A stretch of 36,977 bases of DNA from Verrucomicrobiota bacterium (GTDB lineage: Bacteria > Verrucomicrobiota > Verrucomicrobiia > Limisphaerales > CANJXF01), in NCBI GenBank assembly GCA_038214755.1, contig JBBQRQ010000049.1, forward strand, positions 1 through 36,977, in the 5' to 3' direction. Of the stretch, positions 25,773 through 33,616 are shown in pieces (position 1 is the first letter of the stretch; the number at the start of each line of letters is the position of its first letter). The translations under genes were made by a program, and so were the position numbers. Below the pieces are notes generated by a model. That model did no database searches. It was not told the DNA's origin and saw only the letters and a program-made list of their open reading frames with translations.

Positions 25773-27914
25773 ATGTCCGAACTTCCCCAAAAACAATTCG
25801 CTCCTGAAGAAACATTTGCGCCCAAGTCCGCCTTTGATTTCCGAACTCTTTACCACGCCTTGCTGGATAAATTTTGGCTGGTGGCCATTTGCCTCGTGGT
25901 GGCCTTGCTCCTGGCGGCAGGCTATCTGCATCGCGCGCCCAATCTTTACACCTCCACCGCGACGCTCCTGGTCGAGCAGGGAGATGAGAAGGTGGTCAAT
26001 ATCCAAAAAGTTCAGCAGGAAGATTTGCGCGGTCTGGAAGTGTTGCGAACGATTGAGCAGGTTTTAAAAAGCCGCACGTTGCTGGAGCGGGTGATTACTT
26101 CCAATGCTTTGGACAAAGACCCTCGATTTATTCCTGCCGGAGAACCCATGTCACGCGAGCAAATGGTTTTGATGCTCAATAAAATGGTGGATGTGCGGCT
26201 GCGTCGCTTCACCCGCTTGATTGATGTCACGGTCATCCACACCGACCCGAAAATCGCGGCGTTGGTCGCCAATTCGTTGATGAAAGAATACATGAAACAA
26301 AATCTGGATCAGTATTCCACGGCGTCGCAGGGAGCGACTGAGTTTCTCCAGGAAGAAGCGCAACGCTTGAAGAAAAAATTGGAGCAATCGGAGCAAGCGC
26401 TACAGGCCTACCGCGAGAAAACGAAAACGATTTCCCTCGAACAGCGCCAGGACATTGTGAATCCGAAACTAAAAGAATTGAGCGGCCGTTTGACCGACGC
26501 GAAATCCAAGCGCGTGGACTTGGAAGCCAAACTCAAGCAGGTAAAATTATTTGGGACCAACGTCCAGGCATTGCTCGTTTTGTCAGTGGTGGCGAGCGAC
26601 CCCATCGTGATGAACATCCAGGCAAATATTTTGAAGGCGGAATCGGAGTTCGCCAATTTGCGCCAGCGTTACAAAGATAAACATCCAAAATACCTTCAGG
26701 CCGCCAGCCAATTGGAGGAGTGGAAAAATTCTCTCTCCGAGGCGGTGCAAAATATCAGCCAGACGGTCGAAGCTTCTTACGAAAGCGCGCTCATCGCGGA
26801 AAAGGAGTTGGAAAAAGCGGTGGCCGAACAGGAAATCATCGCGCGCGAGTTGAATCGGCAATTGATCGAATACAACGTTCTGGCGCGAGAAGTAGAGTCG
26901 GACAAGATGTTTTATGACGGGGTCAATTCACGGCTCAAAGAAACGTCTCTGACCAAAGAATTGCCGAGCAATATTGTCCGCGTCGTGCAAAATGCCAACG
27001 CGCCCGAGCGGCCTTTTTCTCCGAGCAAAAAGAAAATTTTGGCATTGGGCGCGCTGGCCGGTTTGATGGTCGGGGTGTTCATCGTGATTGGATTGAGTGC
27101 GTTGGATCGCTCCGTCAAAACCGTCGATCAAGCGGAAGAACAAATAGGGTTGGCGGTGTTGAGCGCAATCCCGGAAATCAAAGATGTAAAAGATCACCCC
27201 AGCATTTTGATCGCAGCAGAAGACGCGAAATCTGCGGGGGCCGAGGCGTTTCGTTCGCTGCGCACGAGTCTGCGGATGCTCGGTCGCGAAGAAGATCGGC
27301 GCACTTTTTTATTTACCAGCGCGTTGCCCGAAGAAGGAAAAACTTTCTGCGCGGCCAACTACGGACTTTGTCTGGCGCAACAAGGCTGGCGGGTCCTGCT
27401 GATCGACGGCGATCTCCGTCGTCCAGCGGTGGAGAAAGCAATCATTGGAAAAGAATCCCATGGATTGGGAGTCACGGATTATTTGACCGGCCAAAAAAAA
27501 CTGGACGAAATTATTCGGTCTTCGAATCGGGAAAATTTTTTCTATATTTCCGCGGGAACCACCGCTCCCAATCCGGCGGAACTGCTGGCGCAACGCAACT
27601 TCGATTTGCTGGTGGACGAGGCGTTGCTGAACTTCGATCGCGTGATTGTTGATTCGGCGCCGATTCACGCCGTGAGCGATACGCTGGTGATGTTGAATCG
27701 CATTCAAACCGTTTGTTTGGTTATTCGCGCGTGCAAAACGCCGGCCCGATCCTCTGTGCGCGCCATTCAAATGTTGCAAAAAGCGAACACGCTTCCCGCT
27801 GGGATCGTTCTGAACCGTCTTCCACGTCGCAGGGGCCCTGCTGGTTATTACGATCCGTATTACGATTATTCCTATCAGGGCCACTATGCGGAAAAGGGAG
27901 TTTATGGAACGTAA
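25773..27914 (+). CDS. wzc: Polysaccharide co-polymerase / tyrosine autokinase
   Basis: Two TM segments flanking a coiled periplasmic domain, EAFRSLRT, Walker A SALPEEGKT, IDGDLRRP, IVDSAP and C-terminal Tyr cluster YYDPYYDYSY. Confidence 0.95.
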   Translation: MSELPQKQFAPEETFAPKSAFDFRTLYHALLDKFWLVAICLVVALLLAAGYLHRAPNLYTSTATLLVEQGDEKVVNIQKVQQEDLRGLEVLRTIEQVLKSRTLLERVITSNALDKDPRFIPAGEPMSREQMVLMLNKMVDVRLRRFTRLIDVTVIHTDPKIAALVANSLMKEYMKQNLDQYSTASQGATEFLQEEAQRLKKKLEQSEQALQAYREKTKTISLEQRQDIVNPKLKELSGRLTDAKSKRVDLEAKLKQVKLFGTNVQALLVLSVVASDPIVMNIQANILKAESEFANLRQRYKDKHPKYLQAASQLEEWKNSLSEAVQNISQTVEASYESALIAEKELEKAVAEQEIIARELNRQLIEYNVLAREVESDKMFYDGVNSRLKETSLTKELPSNIVRVVQNANAPERPFSPSKKKILALGALAGLMVGVFIVIGLSALDRSVKTVDQAEEQIGLAVLSAIPEIKDVKDHPSILIAAEDAKSAGAEAFRSLRTSLRMLGREEDRRTFLFTSALPEEGKTFCAANYGLCLAQQGWRVLLIDGDLRRPAVEKAIIGKESHGLGVTDYLTGQKKLDEIIRSSNRENFFYISAGTTAPNPAELLAQRNFDLLVDEALLNFDRVIVDSAPIHAVSDTLVMLNRIQTVCLVIRACKTPARSSVRAIQMLQKANTLPAGIVLNRLPRRRGPAGYYDPYYDYSYQGHYAEKGVYGT

Positions 27915-27925
27915 AAGATTTATGT

Positions 27926-27954
27926 TTGACATCCTTAAGGCCAATCCCTAGGGT
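27926..27954 (+). promoter_or_regulatory. Sigma70-like promoter of the PEP-CTERM gene
   Basis: TTGACA-N17-TAGGGT. Confidence 0.55.
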
Positions 27955-27988
27955 CTGCGGAGTCGCAAAAAAAACATCGTTTAAACTC

Positions 27989-28666
27989 ATGAAAAATACA
28001 TTCAAAAAAATCGTGGCGTTACTGATTGCGCTCACCCCGGCGCTCTGTTCTCAGCTTTCGCATGCCGAAGTTATTTACCGAAATGCTACGGGTGATTTAT
28101 TGACCACGCTTCTTCCAGGCACACGCGAAGTTGGAGACGAAATCGGCCTCGCTGGAGTCAACAGAAATCTCACCAACTTTACTTTCCAATACACGGCCAA
28201 TTACACCGGGACCATCTCGGGGCAACTTCGTTTTTATCGGAACGACGGGCCCCTCGGCGCGCCGGGAACAAGTTTTTTCACCAGTGTCGTTTTCAATTTG
28301 GACAGCGCAACCTTCAACGGAAATCACACGCTGATTTTCGACAACCAACCCGGAGGTGATTTTCCTGTTGGAGGCTTATTTATTCCCACCAATAGTTTCA
28401 CGTGGACGATTCAATTCTCCAATCTCGGAACACAGACAACGAATATCGGCCCGTCGTTTTATTCTCCGGTCACGGTTGGCAACAATCACAATACTTATTG
28501 GGACAATACCAATGGCACACCGTCGGGTTGGGTTTTGAAATTCAATGGCAATGGCACGAATGATTTTGGCGCCCAGCTTGAATCCATTCCCGAGCCATCG
28601 ACGTTTGTTCTGGGTCTCCTCGGATCTCTGTTGGGATGGGGTTTGCTGCGACGCAGCAGGAGCTAG
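27989..28666 (+). CDS. PEP-CTERM sorting-domain protein
   Basis: Signal peptide ending LSHA-E, Asn/Thr/Gly-rich beta domain and C-terminus IPEPSTFVLGLLGSLLGWGLLRRSRS. Confidence 0.93.
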   Translation: MKNTFKKIVALLIALTPALCSQLSHAEVIYRNATGDLLTTLLPGTREVGDEIGLAGVNRNLTNFTFQYTANYTGTISGQLRFYRNDGPLGAPGTSFFTSVVFNLDSATFNGNHTLIFDNQPGGDFPVGGLFIPTNSFTWTIQFSNLGTQTTNIGPSFYSPVTVGNNHNTYWDNTNGTPSGWVLKFNGNGTNDFGAQLESIPEPSTFVLGLLGSLLGWGLLRRSRS

Positions 28667-28684
28667 CACAGTTTTCTCACCAAG

Positions 28685-28713
28685 AAAAGCGCTGGTGAGT
28701 AATCGCGCTTTTT
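28685..28713 (+). terminator. Intrinsic terminator
   Basis: AAAAGCGC-N12-GCGCTTTTT. Confidence 0.6.
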
Positions 28714-28840
28714 ATTTCCCTGGTTGAAGCCGTCAAATTTTTTTGACGCGGCTGACGATATTGTTTGACATTGGACCGAAAATTTCTAATTGTTGCACAG
28801 TTCTAAACAAAACTTTGGAAAAAATTCATCCATTACTGAT

Positions 28841-29524
28841 ATGAAAACCACCGCAAAAAAAGCCACCTATTTACTAATTGCACTGAGCGCCCTCGCCTTA
28901 TCGCACGTTGCCCACGCCGTCGTTGTTTATGATAACTCGACGGGTTTCGTCCCGACGAATAATTTTCTAAATCCAGGCACGCACGAAGTTGGAGACCAAA
29001 TTATTCTTGGAGGAACCGCGCGAGCCTTGACTAATTTTACTTTCCAATATAGCACTTTCAACCTGACCCATAGTTTCCAGGCAGAATTTCGTTTTCGCCT
29101 GAATGATGGGCCGCTGGTGAGCGGCACTCCCCGCCCGAACACAACACTTTTTGACAGTGGTTTGTTTACCCTGCCTCCTGCTCCGACGGCTCTTTCCGTT
29201 ACCTTTGATACCGATTTCGGGCCAAACGGCTTGGTCGTTCCCAGCAATTTCACCTGGTCACTCCAGTTTTTCGGTCTATTGCCGGGCGAAATGGCGGGGC
29301 CGGATCTTTTCGCGCCTGTGACGGTGGGAAGCAATTTCCCTGATTATTGGGACTTCGATGGAACTTCCTGGACCTTGAGAGCGAATACCAATAACACTCC
29401 GCCAATCAACTTTGCCGCCCGCGCTGAAGCTAAGGCCGTCCCGGATTCTTCCGGAATTTCGACGATTGTTTTAAGCATGATGGGGGTGCTGGGCTTTGGG
29501 CTAAAAAGTCGCAAGCGTAAGTAA
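28841..29524 (+). CDS. VPDSG-CTERM-like sorting-domain protein, paralog of the preceding gene
   Basis: Signal peptide ending VAHA-V, C-terminus VPDSSGISTIVLSMMGVLGFGLKSRKRK, and shared blocks PGT.EVGD.I.L.G..R.LTNFTFQY and FTW..QF. Confidence 0.88.
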   Translation: MKTTAKKATYLLIALSALALSHVAHAVVVYDNSTGFVPTNNFLNPGTHEVGDQIILGGTARALTNFTFQYSTFNLTHSFQAEFRFRLNDGPLVSGTPRPNTTLFDSGLFTLPPAPTALSVTFDTDFGPNGLVVPSNFTWSLQFFGLLPGEMAGPDLFAPVTVGSNFPDYWDFDGTSWTLRANTNNTPPINFAARAEAKAVPDSSGISTIVLSMMGVLGFGLKSRKRK

Positions 29525-29539
29525 TCGCAACTTTTCCAC

Positions 29540-29570
29540 AAAGCGCGAGCGAACAAGCTCGCGCTTTTTT
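29540..29570 (+). terminator. Intrinsic terminator
   Basis: AAAGCGCGAGC-GAACAA-GCTCGCGCTTTTTT. Confidence 0.85.
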
Positions 29571-29687
29571 ATTTTTCTACAGCAAGCGGCTTTTCTATGC
29601 GCCACTTTCCTGGAGAAATCTCTTCTCGCCCTCGTGCGAAGCTGCGTGTGCCATTCGTCAGGAGATGATTTAAACTGGCGGTCAGTT

Positions 29688-29839
29688 CGTAGCGCAGGAT
29701 TGCATCCTGCCGTATCGCAGGTTTTCAACCTGCAAGATGCCGCCAGAACGTGAGGCTCTCTAATACTAAGAGTTTCACTATTGGCGACGTTCAGCCGGTT
29801 TCAAACCGGCGATACCGCAGGATGCAATCCTGCGCTACG
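29688..29839. repeat. GTAG REPIN-like inverted pair
   Basis: CGTAGCGCAGGATTGCATCCTGC.GTATCGC ... GCGATAC.GCAGGATGCAATCCTGCGCTACG, between convergent genes. Confidence 0.85.
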
Positions 29840-29852
29840 TGACCGACTTTCA

Positions 29853-32840
29853 TCACGGCAACACATGAACTCGATAAAACCGGAGTGGCGCAGTGACCGC
29901 TCCGGGGTCGTTGACCTGCACGATGGTTCCATCACCGACGATGTTCGTGGCATTGGGCAGCGGTTGCCAGTTGACGAGGTTGTCGCTGAATTCGATTGCG
30001 TAATGTTTACCTGCAACCGTTTGAAAACGAAGTTGCGCGCCGCTTTCCGATTTCACGAGAAAAAGCCGCAGCACACTCGTTGCACCGGGAGGCAGAAGCA
30101 GGTGAATTCTGTAAAAACGTTTTGGCGCATTGACGGCTCCGCTGTCGTTGATCTGCACGATCGCTCCATCGCCGACGATGTTCGTGGCATTAGGCAGCGG
30201 TTGCCAGTTGACCAGGTCGGTGCTGAATTCGATTGCGTAATTTCTCTCTGGAGCCGTTTGAAAACGAAGTTGCGCGCCGCTTGCCGATTTCACGAGGGAA
30301 AGCCGTAGCACGCTTGTTGCGTCGAGAGGATCGGTCGCTGCCAGATACTCATTGAGGTTGCTGGAACCATCTCCATCCCCGTCCAATGCGGCGTCGCCAG
30401 GATTATTTGGATTCAAGTGCGCCGCGATTTCATAATCGTCGGGCATCCCGTCGCCATCCGTATCGATGGCCGGGCTGTTGGTAGGAATGGTCGCAACCAG
30501 CGAGAATTCGGAAGTATTGTTCGCTGAATCGGTGGCGGTGGCGGTGATGTATCGGTCGAGAGGAACTGAATTGGTAAAGTTTACAGCGAAACTGCCATTT
30601 CCATTGCCAGCCGTAGTGACGCCAATCGTCCCCAGCCATCGCTGTCCTTCCCCGTAATTAGAAGGATCGGGCGCCTGACTCGAATAAAAATCCAACGCGT
30701 AGGTTTTATTGGTTCCGCTGTTCAATGTGCCTTGAACCGTCGTGATGTAGCGCCCAAACGCTGAGGTGATAATTGGAAAATTCTGTAAATCATTCGCGCC
30801 AGAATCGGCATCACCGAGATCGTTCAAACTCGGACCATTCACCCCCAGATCGATCCCCAATCCGTTATTGGAAAAAATGGAATTGCCCCGGATGGAATTT
30901 CGCGAACAACCGTCCCGAACCCGCACTCCCGCATATAAAGAGGTTCGGGCAAAGGCAATGGTGTTTCCCGCGCCAGAAGTTACTCCGCCGATGAGGTTAT
31001 TACTGCTGGTGTTGAGAATTTCAATTCCATGCAATTCATTGCCCACAGGACTCAGTTTATCCACAGCGGTTCCGATGCTATTTCCTTGAACAATGTTTCC
31101 GACACAGCCGGGATCGCCCAGAGACATGGCCACAAACGAATTGCCAGAAATCAAATTGCCGGCGCCCGCGAGAGTGCCGCCAATGATATTGCTGGGTGAA
31201 CCATAGAAAAATATCCCGCCCACTTTATTTGGCACGGCAACGGTCCCCGAATAATCAGTGCCGATAAAATTTCCTTCAACCCGGTTTTGACTGGTCGAAA
31301 TTCCCTGGAGAGAAATCCCTTTATAACTATTGCCGGAGATAAGATTTCCTGCACCGGAAAACGAGCCGCCAATCAGGTTGGACGGGGCGTCAACCAGGGC
31401 GACGCCATTGAGTACATTTCCGACGGCCAACGTCCCGGTGGCGTCTGTTCCGATAAAATTTCCTTGGACCTGATTTCCTCTTGCGAGGGTGTTGGTGATA
31501 AAGATTCCGCATTGGCCATTGCCCGAAATCAAATTTTGCGCGCCGGTCATAATCCCCCCGATGGTGTTGCTCGGAGCAAGGGTAATTTGCACGCCGTTTT
31601 CCCGATTGCCCAACGAAAAGGTTCCGGTCAAATCCGTTCCGATATAGTTCCCTTGAACGAGATTGCCTTTTGCAATTGCGCCGTCAATGACTACGCCGTC
31701 GTTGTAATTTCCAGAAATGAGATTGCGCGCTCCCGGTTGCAGACCGCCGATGATGTTGCTCGAACAACTGTAAATACCAACTCCCTCGAATGTGTTTCCC
31801 AGAATCGCTGAACCAGAAATATCCGTGCCGATGAAATTTCCCAGAAGAACATTCCCTTGAGCATTCGCCCCGGTGATATAGACGCCGCGCTCTCTGTTGC
31901 CAGAAATTAAATTTCGTCCGCCGCTGCTGCTTGAACCGATTTGATTGAAAGAGCCTAAATTAATTTTTATGCCGTTTGTGCTGTTGCCCAAAGCCAAAGC
32001 GCCTTGAACATCAGTGCCGATAAAATTACCGGCGATAATATTTTGCGTGGCGCCAAGCCCATACAAAAGAATCCCGCTTTCCCCATTGCCAGAAATGATG
32101 TTTCGGGCCGACGCGGTAAATCCGCCAATCGTATTTTGCGGCGCCTGGTAAATCCAAATTCCGTCCTCCTTGTTGCCGCGATCAATCGTGCCCGTCACAT
32201 CGGTTCCGATAAAATTTCCAATAACCTGATTGCCGGTGGAAGAAGAATTCTGAATGAAAATACCAATCAAATTGCCGCCTGAGATCACGTTTCTTGCAGC
32301 CGAGATCGTCCCACCGATAATATTGCCTTGGGAATTTATGATGGTCACACCGCCTTCGCCATTTCCGGAATCAGAATTGCCCGACAAACCCACCCCAATA
32401 AAATTGCCCTCAATGACGTTAGTGCCGTTAAGTTCAATTCGAATTCCATCGTAGGCGAAGCGATTTATGGATAATCCTCGCACGATGCTGTTCCCCCCGG
32501 AAAGGGTCAATCCGGCCGTGCCTCCCGCCGCGGCGCCGTTTAGCTCGACCACGGGGCGATTGATAAATCCCGGTTGGGTCGTGGCATCAATAATCACCGG
32601 ACGGCTCAAGGGCGGCAGCGCATTGGTCGGTGAAATGACGAACGGTGGAGAGTTGGTGATTTGAAATTGAATCGTGTCGCGCGGCGCGTTGGTGGCGAGC
32701 AAAATGGCCTGCCGAAACGAACCTGGACCTGTGTCGTTCGTATTACTCACGGTGAAGACGACGGCGCGCAATCCAATTTCACAAAAGAAAACAAAAGGCC
32801 AGATCCAAGAAAGACGCCGTGCGCGAGGGAAATTTTTCAC
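29853..32840 (-). CDS. Large secreted beta-helix repeat protein with TSP3-like acidic motif and duplicated C-terminal domain
   Basis: Signal peptide, VSNTNDTGPGSFRQAI, about 8 repeats of 63 aa (N.ISGN...GNFIGTD..G), NNTSEFS, DTDGDGMPDDYE and two copies of Y.IEFS..LVNW...RFYR. Confidence 0.9.
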   Translation of the reverse strand: MKNFPRARRLSWIWPFVFFCEIGLRAVVFTVSNTNDTGPGSFRQAILLATNAPRDTIQFQITNSPPFVISPTNALPPLSRPVIIDATTQPGFINRPVVELNGAAAGGTAGLTLSGGNSIVRGLSINRFAYDGIRIELNGTNVIEGNFIGVGLSGNSDSGNGEGGVTIINSQGNIIGGTISAARNVISGGNLIGIFIQNSSSTGNQVIGNFIGTDVTGTIDRGNKEDGIWIYQAPQNTIGGFTASARNIISGNGESGILLYGLGATQNIIAGNFIGTDVQGALALGNSTNGIKINLGSFNQIGSSSSGGRNLISGNRERGVYITGANAQGNVLLGNFIGTDISGSAILGNTFEGVGIYSCSSNIIGGLQPGARNLISGNYNDGVVIDGAIAKGNLVQGNYIGTDLTGTFSLGNRENGVQITLAPSNTIGGIMTGAQNLISGNGQCGIFITNTLARGNQVQGNFIGTDATGTLAVGNVLNGVALVDAPSNLIGGSFSGAGNLISGNSYKGISLQGISTSQNRVEGNFIGTDYSGTVAVPNKVGGIFFYGSPSNIIGGTLAGAGNLISGNSFVAMSLGDPGCVGNIVQGNSIGTAVDKLSPVGNELHGIEILNTSSNNLIGGVTSGAGNTIAFARTSLYAGVRVRDGCSRNSIRGNSIFSNNGLGIDLGVNGPSLNDLGDADSGANDLQNFPIITSAFGRYITTVQGTLNSGTNKTYALDFYSSQAPDPSNYGEGQRWLGTIGVTTAGNGNGSFAVNFTNSVPLDRYITATATDSANNTSEFSLVATIPTNSPAIDTDGDGMPDDYEIAAHLNPNNPGDAALDGDGDGSSNLNEYLAATDPLDATSVLRLSLVKSASGAQLRFQTAPERNYAIEFSTDLVNWQPLPNATNIVGDGAIVQINDSGAVNAPKRFYRIHLLLPPGATSVLRLFLVKSESGAQLRFQTVAGKHYAIEFSDNLVNWQPLPNATNIVGDGTIVQVNDPGAVTAPLRFYRVHVLP

Positions 32841-32904
32841 GGCTTAGTTTTATACGGCCATTAACCGAGAATCAAGAAAACGTGAAAAAAAAAGAAATAA
32901 TTCA

Positions 32905-32933
32905 TTGACGCAAATCTTCCGTCCGAGTAATAA
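32905..32933 (+). promoter_or_regulatory. Sigma70-like promoter
   Basis: TTGACG-N17-TAATAA. Confidence 0.5.
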
Positions 32934-32976
32934 CAACCCGGCATCGGGAACATTTGAACATTCCGCACTGAATTTT

Positions 32977-33570
32977 ATGAAAACAAATAAATTGAATTGG
33001 GCTGTAGCTTTGGTTTGCACAGCGGTCGCACTATCCACTTTTACTGGCTTGGGAGCAGTTTCGTCGAAAGCCATTGAGAGAATTCTGAGCAGCGTCCGCG
33101 CTCCAGAATTGCCGGCCAAAGCGGCCTCGCTCGTCTCAAAAGCGGCGATTGCCGACCGTGAAGAAACGACAATTGCCGTGGTCAAGGCGGCAATTCAGAA
33201 GAACCCCGCCGCCGCCGCCGCCGTCGTTGGCGCCATCGCTCACTCCGTCCCGAAGATGGCTGCTATTGCTGCCTCCACCGCTGTTTCTCTCGAGCCAAAG
33301 CAAGCCTCCAAAATTGCGCGAGCGGCTTCCAGTGGCGCTCCTGCTGAACGGGAAAAAATTGTCGCCGCCATGAGCAAGGAAGCTCCCGCACAAAGCACCG
33401 TGATTTCACAAGCAGTTACTTTTGATGCCCCTCGACCGACTCTCCTTGATAACGGATTTTCCCCCGCGCCTCACGTTGGGCCTCCTTTCGTTCCGCGCAC
33501 CAACGCCGCCGGTCAAGTCAACAACAGCAACACGGTAATCGTGACCAATCGCGATTATTCCTCACCCTGA
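32977..33570 (+). CDS. Secreted Ala-rich protein with 15-residue helical repeats
   Basis: MKTNKLNWAVALVC signal-like start, Pro every 15 residues over five units and C-terminus RDYSSP. Confidence 0.8.
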   Translation: MKTNKLNWAVALVCTAVALSTFTGLGAVSSKAIERILSSVRAPELPAKAASLVSKAAIADREETTIAVVKAAIQKNPAAAAAVVGAIAHSVPKMAAIAASTAVSLEPKQASKIARAASSGAPAEREKIVAAMSKEAPAQSTVISQAVTFDAPRPTLLDNGFSPAPHVGPPFVPRTNAAGQVNNSNTVIVTNRDYSSP

Positions 33571-33581
33571 TTCCAGGGAGC

Positions 33582-33608
33582 GCGGCTGGGTCGTCCTCGA
33601 CCAGCCGC
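33582..33608. terminator. Hairpin between convergent genes
   Basis: GCGGCTGG...CCAGCCGC; no U-tract. Confidence 0.5.
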
Positions 33609-33616
33609 ATCAGGTT

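Noticed and set aside
29853..30320. 237-bp duplication as a DGR TR/VR pair
   Set aside because: Both copies are in frame in one gene and the differences are not adenine-specific (G/C changes occur).
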